From Nemertoderma westbladi (lineage: Eukaryota > Animalia > Xenacoelomorpha), in the NCBI GenBank assembly GCA_032718475.1, contig JAUCBJ010003279.1, positions 1 through 49,222 on the forward strand: a DNA stretch of 49,222 nt. The letters are read 5' to 3'. Below, piece by piece: positions 11,961 through 24,681 of this stretch (position 1 is the stretch's first letter; each line of letters opens with the position of its first letter). The translations under genes were made by a program, and so were the position numbers. The notes below the pieces were generated by a model. The model had not been told where the DNA came from and ran no database searches. It saw only the letters and a program-made list of their open reading frames with translations.

Positions 11961-12083
11961 CATAGCAGGGCTACGTCCTACGTAGGCTGGTAGGCAGATT
12001 CAGTACCGGTACTACACACTAAACTGCAGTGTTCTCTGTCCTGTATGTAGTCTGCTTCTGGTAGTAGTGACACACCCTCTACC

Positions 12084-14814
12084 CCGGTCCTACTAATTAC
12101 CCCAACCTACCACAATCTACCCCAACCTACCACAAACTACCCCAACAATTCGATAGAGGTATCTAATTACCACAATATTATTTTACATTGGCATCTAATT
12201 ACCACAATATACAGAACTCAAGTGTCTATTTACCACAAGACTACACTGCATCTAATAACCACAATATTATTTTACATTGGCATCTAATTACTACATTATA
12301 TAGAACGCAAATGTCTATTTACCGGTACCACAAGACTACACTGCATCTAATTACCACAATATTATTTTACATTGGCATCTAATTACCACAATATACAGAA
12401 CTCAAGTGTCTATTTACCACAAGACTACACTGCATCTAATTACCACAATATTATTTTACAATGGCATTTAATTACCACAATATACAGAACTCAAGTGTCT
12501 ATTCACCACAAGACTACACTGCATCTAATTACCACAATATTATTTTACAATGGCATCTAATTACCACAATCTGACAATATTATTTTACAATGGCATCTAA
12601 TTCAGTAATTACCACAATATACAGAACTCAAGTGTCTATTTACCACAAGACTACATTGTATCTAATTACCACAATATACAGTACAGAATGCAAGTGTCTA
12701 ATTACCACAATATACAGTACGGTAGTTATTAATACTCAGTGTCTAATTACCACAAGACTTCACTAACGTTTAATTACCACAATATACAGTACGGTAGTTA
12801 GTAATACTCAGTGTCTAATTACCACAAGACTTCACTAACGTCTAATTACCACCATATATACAGAACGCAAGTGTCTAATCACAACATTATTGTGGTAATT
12901 ATATGTGGATATTGTGGTAATTAGACGTTAGTGAGGTCTTGTGGTAATTAGACACTGAGTATTAATAACTACCGTACTGTATATTGTGGTAATTAGACAC
13001 ATGCGTTCTGTACATTGTGGTAATTAGATGTAGTGTAGTCTTGTGGAAAATAGACACTTGAGTTCTGTATATTGTGGTAATTAGATGCCATTGTAAAATA
13101 ATATTTTGGTAATTAGATGCCATTGTAAAATAATATTGTGGTAATTAGATGCCATTGTAAAATAATATTGTGGTAATCAGATGCAGTGTAGTCTTGTGGT
13201 GAATAGACACTTGAGTTCTGTATATTGTGGTAATTAGATGCCATTGTAAAACAATATTGTGGTAATTAGATGCAGTGTAGTCTTGTGGTAAATAGACACT
13301 TGAGTCCTGTATATTGTGGTAATTAGATGCCATTGCAAAATAATATTGTGTAATTAGATGCAGTGTAGTCTTGTGGTAAACAGACACTTGAGTTCTGTAT
13401 ATTGTGGTAATTAGATGCCATTGTAAAATAATATTGTGGTAATTAGATGCAGTGTAGTCTTGTGGTAAATGGACACTTGAGTTCTGTATATTGTGGTAAT
13501 TAGATGCCATTGTAAAATAATATTGTGGTAATTAGATGGAGTGTAGTCTTATAGTAAATAGACACTTGAGTTCTCTATATTGTGGTAATTAGATGCCATT
13601 GTAAAATAATATTGTGGTAATTAGATGCAGTGTATTCTTGTGGTAAATAGACACTTAAGTTATGTATATTATTGTGGTAATTAGATGCCATTGTAAAATA
13701 ATATTGTGGTAATTAGATGCAGTGTAGTCTTGTGGTAAATAGACACTTGAATTCTGTATATTGTGGTAATTAGATGCCATTGCAAAATAATATTGTGTAA
13801 TTAGATGCAGTGTAGTCTTGTGGTAAACAGACACTTGAGTTCGGTATATTGTGGTAATTAGATGCCATTGTAAAATAATATTGTGGTAATTAGATGCAGT
13901 GTAGTCTTGTGGTAAATGGACACTTGAGTTCTGTATATTGTGGTAATTAGATGCCATTGTAAAATAATATTGTGGTAATTAGATGGAGTGTAGTCTTATG
14001 GTAAATAGACACTTGAGTTCTCTATATTGTGGTAATTAGATGCCATTGTAAAATAATATTGTGGTAATTAGATGCAGTGTAGTCTTGTGGTAAATGGACA
14101 CTTGAGTTCTGTATATTGTGGTAATTAGATGCCATTGTAAAATAATATTGTGGTAATTAGATGGAGTGTAGTCTTATGGTAAATAGACACTTGAGTTCTC
14201 TATATTGTGGTAATTAGATGCCATTGTAAAATAATATTGTGGTAATTAGATGCAGTGTAGTCTTGTGGTAAATAGACACTTGAGTTCTCTATATTGTGGT
14301 AATTAGATGCCATTGTAAAATAATATTGTGGTAATTAGATGCTGTGTATTCTTGTGGTAAATAGACACTTCAGTTCTGTATATTATTGTGGTAATTAGAT
14401 GCCATTGTAAAATAATATTGTGGTAATTAGATGGAGTGTAGTCTTATGGTAAATAGACACTTGCGTTATGTATATTGTGGTAATTAGATGCCATTGTAAA
14501 ATAATATTGTGGTAATTAGATGCAGTGTATTCTTGTGGTAAATAGACACTTCAGTTCTGTATATTATTGTGGTAATTAGATGCCATTGTAAAATAATATT
14601 GTGGTAATTAGATGCAGTGTAGTCTTGTGGTAAATAGACACTTGAGTTCTGTATATTGTGGTAATTAGATGCCATTGTAAAATAATATTGTGGTAATTAG
14701 ATGCAGTGTAGTCTTGTGGTAAATAGACATTTGCGTTCTATATATTGTGGTAATTAGATGCCAATGTAAAATAATATTGTGGTAATTAGATGCAGTGTAG
14801 TCTTGTGGTAAATA
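12084..14814. repeat. 89-bp satellite in two inverted arms (foldback-like)
   Basis: Unit made of 32+31+26-bp subrepeats each starting awttaccacaa; plus orientation 12159-12880, minus orientation 12885-14814. Variant units mirror across the centre (12701-12780 vs 12910-12995). Confidence 0.88.
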
Positions 14815-14952
14815 GGGTGCTGGTCACCTCGCCGCACTGCCACTTCGCCGCAAGTCATCTCGCCGCAGATAATGTGCGGCGAGGTGTCTTGCGGCGAGGT
14901 GTCTCACTGTGAATGCCATTTCGCCGCAAATTATCGGACACCTCGCCGCAAG
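14815..14952. mobile_element. Probable DNA-transposon terminus
   Basis: Abruptly truncates the satellite; gggtgctggtcac followed by repeated tcgccgca/tgcggcga motifs. No partner end found. Confidence 0.5.
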
Positions 14953-15174
14953 TCAATATTAATCATTTATTTATATATTTACAGGGAAGCCTACTAAGCC
15001 TAGTTATGGCATTGGACATTATTATAAGAAGAAATAAAATAATACGGTAAGGTGTGTTGTTCTATTATAATTACTGTACTATTATAGATATACAGTGAGA
15101 GTATTTGAGTTACGTATTAGCTATTATAGTAAAACAGTCCATTATAGACATTATAAATGATATATTCATTCATT

Positions 15175-16460
15175 CAATAACTGCCAGTTTATCACAGAAC
15201 CACCGATTTACAATAATGACTGCCAGTTTATCACAGAAGCACAGATATTTACAATAATAACTGCCAGATTATCGTAGAATCACAGATTTACAATAATGAC
15301 TGCCAGTTTATCACAGAAGCACAGATTTACAATAATGACTGCCAGTTTATCACAGAAGCACAGATTTACAATAATAACTGCCAGTTTATCACAGAAGCAC
15401 AGATTTACAATAATAACTGCCAGTTTATCACAGAACCACAGATTTACAATAATGACTGCCAGTTTATCACAAAACCACAGATTTACAATAATAACTGCCA
15501 GTTTATCACAGAAGCACAGATTTACAATAGTAACTGCCAGTTTATCACAGAACCACAGATTTACAATAATGACTGCCAGTTTATTACAGAAGCACAGATT
15601 TACAATAATGACTGCCAGTTTATCACAGAAGCCAGATTTACAATAATAACTGCCAGTTTATCACAGAACCACAGATTTACAATAATGACTGCCAGTTTAT
15701 CACAGAACCGCAGATTTACAATAATGACTGCCAGTTTATCACAGAACCACAGCTTTACAATAATGACTGCCAGTTTATCACAGAAGCACAGATTTACAAT
15801 AATGACTGCCAGTTTATCACAGAAGCACAGATTTACAATAATAACTGCAGGTTTATCACAGAAGCACAGATTTACAATAATAACTGCCAGTTTATCACAG
15901 AACTACAGATTTACAATAACGACTGCCAGTTTATCACAGAACCGCAGATTTACAATAATGACTGCCAGTTTATCACAAAACCACAGATTTACAATAATGA
16001 CTGCCAGTTTATCACAGAACCACAGATTTACAATAATGACTGCCAGTTTATCACAGAACCACAGATTTACAATAATGACTGCCAGTTTATCACAGAACCA
16101 CAGACTTACAATAATGACTGCCAGTTTATCACAGAACCACAGATTTACAATAATGACTGCCAGTTTATCACAGAACCACAGATTTACAATAATGACTGCC
16201 AGTTTATCACAGAACCACAGATTTATAATAATGACAGCCAGTTTATCACAGAACCACAGATTTACAATAATGACTGCCAGTTTATCACAGAACCACAGAT
16301 TTACAATAATGACTGCCAGTTTATCACAGAACCACAGATTTACAATAATGACTGCCAGTTTATCACAGAACCACAGGTTTACAATAATGACTCAGTTTAT
16401 CACATAACCATAGATATAGAACCGCAGATTTGCAATAATAACTGCCAGTTTATCACAGAC
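15175..16460 (+). repeat. 39-bp minisatellite (about 32 copies)
   Basis: Unit aataatgactgccagtttatcacagaaccacagatttac; explains the TIMTASLSQNHRF repeat ORFs. Confidence 0.95.
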
Positions 16461-16969
16461 TAATAATAACAAACTAAACTAAATTTACAAACTAAAACTG
16501 CCAGTTTGTATATGTAAATATAAAAAGTAAATATATATAATCAAAACATAATTTTAAATTATTAATTAAACTTGGTTAAAATTAATTAATTTATATAAAT
16601 TAATTGAAATGAATTATCTAATATGGCTGAAAAGAAGACAAAAGATATTAAAATTAATAATCAAAAGACTATTTGTTGATCATCAACTAAAATTAATTAG
16701 GATATCCATAAATCTAAATGAATTAAATATTTTCATATATACTTAGCCATGTGTATGCAATATGTACAGTATGTAGAGTATTGTATGCATTGGCCATAGG
16801 CCGTAAGCGTAGGGTAGGATGTAGGGAAAAGATGATAGAAAAAATAATACATAAGGATGTAGGGATTAGATAAGGTAGGCTTTCACCCCCCTCTCCCAAT
16901 ATCTCCATGTTGTAACATTGAGCTTCATGTGTGCCCTGAATGTCCTGTGCTCCTAACCAAACATTATTT

Positions 16970-17576
16970 TCAGATAACCACAGGTTTATAAGTTTTTTTT
17001 GCTCTTTATAACCACAGGTTAGTACGTTTTAACCGTGGGTTTTTCTTTTATAACCATAGGTTATAAATAAATTAAATCGTCAGTTTACTAAAATTACCGC
17101 CAGTTTTCTCAAATAAAACCGCCAGTTGACTGTTAATTAAACAGCGGTTTCGTAAAAACTGGTTTATTTGGTTTCCGTTTACCTGTGGTTTTTTGAGAGA
17201 ACCGGCAGTTTTAAATAGTTGAAACGCCAGTTACCAGCAGTAAACCATAGGTTAATAAATGCCGATTAAATATTCGACCGGGAATTTGCGTTAAACCAGA
17301 ACCTGAGGTAACAGAAACCGGCAGTTCCTTGCGATATAAAATACCAGAGGTTTTACAATGCATTTTTAGGTTCTAAAGAACTGGGGGTTATGGAACCGCC
17401 GGTTTTACGAGAGATAATCAACCCCCGGTTTGCACAACTGCCAGTTTCTTGGCAACGGTTATTTACCGCCGGTTTGTAAAAACAACCTGCGGTGGTTTTC
17501 GTTGCAAAACAACCCCAGGTAGTTCTTGCAAACCGGCAGTTTTTTAACAAAATACCACCACTTACTTTTTTCAGTG
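16970..17576. mobile_element. Truncated CACTG-ended (EnSpm/CACTA-like) element interrupting a MULE exon
   Basis: Ends ...ttttttcagtg exactly where the MULE reading GCNFHWT breaks off; interior rich in aacc/ggtt subrepeats; other end not seen. Confidence 0.5.
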
Positions 17577-17716
17577 TTGGTCCAGTGGAAATTACACCCA
17601 CGTACAACCACATCTTTAAACACAATACGTGCCGCCTTCCACGCCGCTTTCTCAAAGTCTGCCACCAATTCAACCAAGGCATACTCTTGCAGGATGGCGT
17701 GGAGTTCACTGAACAC
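17577..17716 (-). pseudogene. MULE transposase exon (second catalytic Asp)
   Basis: Acceptor tttcAG; VFSELHAILQEYALVELVADFEKAAWKAARIVFKDVVVRGCNFHWT carries the DFE and GCxFH motifs. Confidence 0.85.
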
Positions 17717-17753
17717 CTGAAATTCAAGATACTTTATATTGAACGATGTACAG

Positions 17754-19392
17754 TTATAATGTGGGGCGAGCCACGAAGTTGGCGGAGCCTTAGCGAATTG
17801 ACACTGTTAGGGGGTGGGTCAATTTATGCAAATAGTTGTCGTCGTCGTCGTCGTCGTTGTCGTCGTCGTCGTCGTTGTCGTCGTCGTTACGATTTTGACA
17901 TGCTAATAACTTTGTCGGATTTAAAGCTGCCAAGTTGAAAATTTGTAGGTATCAATATGAGCAAAAGTTGAGATTTTTGAGAGACTTTCAGACACCATCA
18001 GTGCAATGGTCTCCCGCTAGAGGGCCACATGTCTAAACATTAAATGCCCTCCCATTTCTTTGCTTTTAATCCGTTTAAGCTGAAACTAGGCAGATATGTA
18101 TTAGACCATTAGCTGTGACTTTCAAAGGAGGCGAATCCATCTGCAGTTCTCCAGTCTGCCGCTAGAGGGCCAAAGGTCTGAAAGTGAAATTGTTGTCGTC
18201 GTTACGATTTTGACATGCTAATAACTTTGTCGGATTTAAAGCTGCCAAGTTGAAAATTTGTAGGTATCAATATGAGCAAAAGTTGAGATTTTTGAGAGAC
18301 TTTCAGACACCATCAGTGCAATGGTCTCCCGCTAGAGGGCCACATGTCTAAACATTAAATGCCCTCCCATTTCTTTGCTTTTAATCCGTTTAAGCTGAAA
18401 CTTGGCAGATATGTATTAGACCATTAGCTGTGACTTTCAAAGGAGGCGAATCCATCTGCAGTTCTCCAGTCTGCCGCTAGAGGGCCAAAGGTCTGAAAGT
18501 GAAATCGTTGTCGTCGTTACGATTTTGACATGCTAATAACTTTGTCGGATTTAAAGCTGCCAAGTTGAAAATTTGTAGGTATCAATATGAGCTAAAGTTG
18601 AGATTTTTGAGAGACTTTCAGACACCATCAGTGCAATGGTCTCCCGCTAGAGGGCCACATGTATAAACATTAAATGCCCTCCCATTTCTTTGCTTTTAAT
18701 CCGTTTAAGCTGAAACTTGGCAGATATGTATTAGACAATTAGCTGTGACTTTCAAAGGAGGCGAATCCATCTGCAGTTATCCAGTCTGCCGCTAGAGGGC
18801 CAAATGTCTGAAAGTGAAATCGTTGTCGTCGTTATGATATTGACATGCTTATAACTTTGTCGAATTTAAAGCTGCCAAGTTGAAAATTTGTTTTGTTGAA
18901 AATCAGTTCAACAGTCACCCGCTATAGGACTACTTTATGCCTGAAAGTGAATAGATTCTCCCGTCTCATTGATTTTAATCAGTTTAAGCTGAATCTTGCC
19001 ATATATTCTGGACCACATGCTGCGTCTTTGTGGGGGGGGGGGGGGGGGGGGGGGGAGATTTAATCGGTCTGCCGCTATACGACGAAATTTCTGAAAGTGA
19101 GATCCGTCTCTCATTTCGTTATCCGTTATTCAAGATGAAACTTGGCCGATGTACGTATGTACTATTCATCCATAGGCTGTGTCTTTGTGGGGCTGGAGAC
19201 CCTAATCCATCTTCAGTTCTCACTATACCGCTAGAGTCAGAAATGTCTGAATAGAAATGAAAGAGGTAAAAAGTGATTAGGCGAAATCTGCTTAAAATTT
19301 GCTAATACAGTAATACTTTCGAATTAGTACTTAAATTAAATTTAAGTCACGTGCTGCGCGAAGGCCCCACTTCGTGTACATCTACATACATT
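17754..19392 (+). mobile_element. Helentron-associated (HINE/pearl-like) non-autonomous element with an internal 315-bp tandem repeat
   Basis: 5' gtggggcgagccacgaagttggcgg hairpin module, (GTC)n microsatellite, about 3.3 near-identical 315-bp units (ttacgatttt at 17887, 18202, 18517), 3' gccccac inverted to the 5' gtggggc. The 5' module recurs at 35188-35286 (+) and 45160-45265 (-). Confidence 0.7.
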
Positions 19393-19644
19393 GATACACC
19401 CACAAACTTTTAGGGGACTATTGTATACCCCTAAATACTAAATAATGTTGTCCTTTACATTCACAAAAATTAAAATAAACAAAGTAATGTACAGTAACTG
19501 CAGGTCGTGGTATAATTTGAGCTATAGAGTTAAAGTAGGACACGGCGGCCCCTTTACTGTATAACGAATACTCTCACTATACTTACAAAATCTACTGTAC
19601 AATTTTATAAATTGTGTTCAAAATATTCACATACTAAAACTAAC

Positions 19645-19788
19645 CTTGACATAATCAGAGGTTTGACGTTTGGACATAACGCAGAATGTCAGTGCCACTT
19701 GTTTCATGATGCTATCATTGCGGACAAACGCATGGATAGACATCAGTTGGGCAAATGGTTCCTTCACCACCCTGAATGTACCATCGAA
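19645..19788 (-). pseudogene. MULE transposase exon fragment (first catalytic Asp)
   Basis: FDGTFRVVKEPFAQLMSIHAFVRNDSIMKQVALTFCVMSKRQTSDYVK then donor GTtagt; splices in phase 0 to 17716 (DYVK|VFSEL). Not in the ORF track. Confidence 0.85.
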
Positions 19789-19941
19789 AAACGTAGAAAA
19801 TTTTTTTTCAATATTCTCTCGGCCCTCTATTAACCTCGCTGACGCTCGGTAAATAAAATGCCTCGAGAATAGTGAAAAAAAAGTTCTACTTTTTTTCCCA
19901 TGTAATAAATAATTATGTTTTTAAAATAAACACCACTTTAC

Positions 19942-20047
19942 CTGAATTCCCACACTTCCGATGCTGCCATTGACTACACTCATCGCATTGCAGGGCTTCC
20001 TGCCTCCTTCCAACAATCCGTAGACAAACGACACAGTTATCTTCCAT
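19942..20047 (-). pseudogene. N-terminal PHD-finger exon, probably of the MULE transposase
   Basis: MEDNCVVCLRIVGRRQEALQCDECSQWQHRKCGNSG then donor GTaaag; first six ligands of a C4HC3 PHD finger. Confidence 0.75.
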
Positions 20048-21013
20048 TGTACAGAAAATCAAAATCAAGAAAAATACAGCAACAACAAAACGAGTAATCA
20101 AAATAAACGAAAGGCGGTAATGGATAAGAGCAAAATGAATAGCAATATAAAAGCAAGGCATGTGGTAATATAGTATATAAGCAATATGTCTTTAAGCTAC
20201 AGAGCTAGTCTGTTTCCACCAATAGGATGACTTGGATGAGGGCGCCCTTTGGGCCTCAATTGGAGGCCGTGTCTTTCGACTGGTTGTGGCCTGGCTATAC
20301 TAAGGGCGTAGCATGTTAAGGGCGTAGCATCACATACACGTATAACGAACGTCTCTAGGCTTTACTATAGGCCTAAGTAAGGCTTTATTGTTGTACCTAC
20401 CCCACCCGTGGGGGTACATGACATGCCCTAAGGTACGTCGTGCCGTAGCACTGTGGAGACAAGTATATTGAACACAGCCGACCCGACCCGACCCGTACCG
20501 TATATCTTATATCATTCCACCCAGAAATTTATTATCGCAGACAACGCAAACTATGTGACCCCCATATTTGACAATTTATATAAAAAAATAAAATTAAAAT
20601 CTCTCGTAACACTGCAAAGTACTACTTTGCAGCGTTGCGGACTATAGGAGGGAACGCTGCAAAGTAATCAATGACATGGAAACAACTTAATTCCATACTG
20701 AAATGTAATGTAATGTATTCCAGAATGTATTATTTCCATTTATCTTAATGCGTGGTGCTTTATTATCCAGTTTGCAGTGACGGGACCAGAATGTATACGA
20801 CGAAAATGTATAAATGAGCATCCATAAAATTATTTCTTCACATACCGAACGTGTAAACATCCCTCGCTGCGCTCGCTCGGTACATAAATTAACTCGGGTC
20901 ATAACGCTGCAAAGTGCTACTTTGTACATAATGATGTAAATAGTTACTGTATTAGATAGATAAATTACGCAATGAAATGTTTTATTCCAAATTTGAACTA
21001 ATAACTACTAACA

Positions 21014-21133
21014 ACTAATAACGATGTTGAAGGGTGGCATCGGAGATTGAATACACGAGCTGAACGAGACCACCTCCCGTTCTACACACTGTTGGAGCTT
21101 CTCCACCGAGAGGCGGCGATGGTCCCATTACAG
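21014..21133 (+). pseudogene. MULE transposase exon fragment (catalytic Glu), opposite strand
   Basis: TNNDVEGWHRRLNTRAERDHLPFYTLLELLHREAAMVPLQ then donor GTaac; TNNxxEGWH motif. Not in the ORF track. Confidence 0.85.
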
Positions 21134-21849
21134 GTAACTATTGTAAGCCAGTCGGCAGTCATTACCAGATCCCATTTTAGTTTATCAAAAATGTAAAAAG
21201 TTCTAAAATGATTTAGGGGGTGTATGTTGTTTCGTTACAAATTAATTAATACAGTATAAGGGCCATAAAGTTTAAGATAAAGCTGCTGAAAATAATGTTA
21301 CAGTTTTTTTCTTGTATTCTATGATACATAAAGGATTATTACATTATTATAATTGCATTAAACATACTGCATAATATAGAACTTATGTCCATTAACTTTG
21401 TACGAATTATCTACATTCCCACAGCAGAAGTTTCCAATGCGATTTTGTTGTTAAGGCTGTGACGGTGACCCTCCTGCGTATAAATGCCGTTTTCATTTTC
21501 ACCGCAATCCCACAGCACCAGTTTAGTTTGTACATGTAGCTTCATTAGTTTGGAGTTTTGATGCGTGGTATATGTAGACATCTGTAGGTATCTGAATCGT
21601 TCGTCAATAGTCTCTGCGTCTCTCCTTTGTATATTTATTGCTAAATTCATCAATTATTCTAGAACAAACCTGCAATAAAAATAATATTTTAGTTATTTTC
21701 ATAATTGCAGGGCAGTGATGGCAAAATACAGTACGAGTACATGCAACTGTTAAAAGTTCATATATCAGCAATTCCTCAAAGAAGTTCAGAGTTTGTTACT
21801 TTAGGCTACATATTGTAATTTGTGGAATTTTGGTGCCATACAGTATAGT

Positions 21850-22180
21850 TTGGTGTAAGTTGGATGCTGTTGGCTTGAAGTTGGGTGTAGTTGCAGAGTT
21901 GGGTGGAAGTTGGGTGTAGTTGGGTTTTATAGTTGGGTGTACAGTAGTTGGTGAAAGTTGGGTGTAGTTGGGTGAAAGTTGGGTGTAGTTGGGTGAAAGT
22001 TGGGTGTAGTTGGGTGGTAGTTGGGTGGAAGTTGGGTGTAGTTGGGTTTTATAGTTGGGTGTACAGTAGTTGGTGAAAGTTGGGTGTAGTTGGGTGAAAG
22101 TTGGGTGTAGTTGCGGGTGAAAGTTGGGTGTAGTTGGGTGTGGTTGTGGTTGGGTGTAGTTGGGTGTTTAGGCTGACCCT
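21850..22180. repeat. gttgggtgta/gttgggtgaaa subterminal repeat ending in a probable transposon terminus
   Basis: 10-11-bp units ending ...gtgtttaggctgaccc. Confidence 0.7.
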
Positions 22181-23207
22181 AAGATCTTGAGAAAATATTA
22201 CGCGTAATCGAGGTTCAAAAGTTTTTGTAACAAGATTTCTATGGGTTTGACTAAATACGCCACTGACAACCACCGACACCTTTCGCATGCCAGGGGACGA
22301 CCAACCACCGACAACAAAAGACACAAACCGACAGGTAATATCGCAAACCGACAGTATACCGACAACTTTCGGCAATGTTAGTAAACTATTTCAGTACATG
22401 ATTATACAATTTTTATTTCCAGTCCAAACATTTATAACAAATTATATTATCCACTGTCGGCCTGTTGTCGGTGATGTAATTATTAGTCATGATAATTTCT
22501 TTAAAATATAATACCGCTTTCATATATTATCGGTTTTAAATTATTATATTGCATAGCGTAATGGTAAAAATCGTTAGTGTTTTTCATATGTCGGTGTGTT
22601 GCTATTATTATTAGTTTTTATCGGTGGCAGTCGGACTGTTGTCGGAGGTTTACAGCTTTATTTCTGCGGCATCCGTTCCTAAACTCGGACATACAGTACA
22701 GTGCGATACACTGCCGAAATTTATTACTTTACATACAGCTGTACATTGTGTGACGCGAGACGCGAGGAGTCACTGGAGGGGGTTAAAATACACTAGGGAA
22801 AATACACCCCGGGTGTCGGGAGTGAGAATACGCAAGGTGCAAGGGAATTTTAACCGGGGGGTGATTTTACATGGCAGCATGTGGGGTGAAAATTTTCTGT
22901 TACACCGGTACCGCCTTAATAAATTATATGTTTTAAATTATTACAGGCCCTATTCAGCTATTGCTTAACGTAATGGTTCAAATCATTAATGTTTTTCATG
23001 TGTCAGTATGTCGGTGTGTTGCTATCATTAATTATCGCAATAATTTTTATTGTCCGTTTAAATCCTTTTTTTGTCCTTTTTTTTTATTTTTTATGTCCTC
23101 CAAAAATCTAATGTTAGGTTCCATACCGGTACCGGCACCGGTACTGCTGTAGGTCTACTGTGTAGCCTACCATTTAAATACGGTACTGGTAGGCCTAACG
23201 GCTGACC

Positions 23208-23905
23208 GGTTGTTTTAGTTAGAAAATCCCACCTCTGTAACCTGCTCCTTTCCCCCGCCTCTGTAACCTGCTCCTTTCCCTCAATTAGTTAAGTGATCGT
23301 ATATTGTTTTGGTTAGGAAATCAACGCCTCTGTAACCTGCTCCTTTCTCTCAATTGGTAATGTTATCGTTTATTGTTTTGGTTAGAAAATCCCGTCTCTG
23401 TAACCTGCTCCTTTCCCTGATTTCGTAAAGTGACTGTTTATTGTTTTGGTTAGAAAATCCCGCCTCTGTAACCTGCTCCTTTCCCTCAATTAGTTAAGTG
23501 AGTGTTTATTGTTTTGGTTAGGAAATCCCGCCTCTGTAACCTGCTCCTTTCTCTCAATTGGTAATGTTATCGTTTATTGTTTTGGTTAGAAAATTCCGTC
23601 TCTGTAACCTGCTCCTTTCCCTGATTTGGTAAAGTGACTGTTTATTCTTTTGGTTAGAAAATTCCGCCTCTGTAACCTGCTCCTTTCTCTCAATTGGTAA
23701 TGTTATCGTTTATTGTTTTCGTTAGAAAATCCCGTCTCTGTAACCTGCTCCTTTCCCTCAATTTGTTAAATGATAGTTTATTGTTTTGGTTAGAAAATCC
23801 CGCCTCTGTAACCTGCTCCTTTCCCTGATTTGGTAAAGTGACTGTTTATTGTTTTGGTTAGAAAATCCGGCCTTAACCTGCTCCTTTCCATCAATTGGTA
23901 ATTGT
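23208..23905 (+). repeat. About 68-bp tandem array of the MITE core module
   Basis: About 10 copies of tttattgttttggttagaaaatcccgcctctgtaacctgctcctttccct plus a variable tail. Confidence 0.9.
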
Positions 23906-24189
23906 TTTTGGCTATAAAATGAGTGTTTTGCTACGTCATGTGGTAATCGATTATCGACAACAACCACAAACTATTAAATTTAGAGTCTTTTACAACAGGC
24001 GCATATATGGAATTCTATCTCATAGTCTATAAATCATGGAATCATGGAATGTTTTGGCACAGGCATAGTGAAACCAACTGTCCGACAGACCAGAAATCAA
24101 CAAATTTTGAATGTTTTGGCATAGGCATGTTGAAATCAACTGTCTGACAGTCCAGAAATCAGCAGTCTGACAGTTTGAAGAAATACATA

Positions 24190-24681
24190 TGTGAAAGCTG
24201 GATAACAGGATAAGGTCAAACCCGGGTTCCGTGGCAATCTACCACTTAGTTTTTCTGGTTTCCCTGAAGAAAATCTGCCGTTAACTGGCAGGCTGGCTAA
24301 AACGATTAGTTTGTTAGTTCATAACATCAGAACATAATACTGCAGATAAATCTAATCAAAACAGATAAACCAAAATACATCTGTACATAGGCCTACGTCA
24401 GACAGTCAGATGTCAGACATCCAAAAAGAAACACGAATCTAAACTACTACTGTAGGTACTGTATTGTACTGACCATATCTTGATATATTACTTACTTACC
24501 GGTATTATCCTACCTATCTATCCCTCTTTGTTATCCTCCAATCAGCGGTCAGGATTATTCTAGCGCAATTTTGTTGTTTCCTGTAAACTTCCCTAGATGG
24601 CGTTATATTATTTATAACGTTTTTTGTAATTTGATATTTTTGTGTTTCATATTTTGTATGTCCTTGCTGCTGATCACCACA
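24190..24681 (-). repeat. 3' LTR
   Basis: Direct repeat of 31284-31775; preceded on the minus strand by the PPT gtggggggga (about 24684-24693). Confidence 0.95.

Noticed and set aside
12188-14675. MASNYHNIQNSS... ORFs on both strands
   Set aside because: Translations of the 89-bp satellite.
12159-14814. TGTGGT motifs as a Runx-site array
   Set aside because: The short motif is intrinsic to the satellite unit and its 3' base departs from the usual consensus; no independent support.
15296-16407. Repetitive ORFs (TIMTASLSQNHRF)n
   Set aside because: By-product of a 39-bp unit lacking stops in one frame; no unique coding flanks.
17492-17938. 148-aa ORF with an Arg-rich, protamine-like tail
   Set aside because: The Arg run is the (GTC)n microsatellite, and the ORF crosses three unrelated elements.
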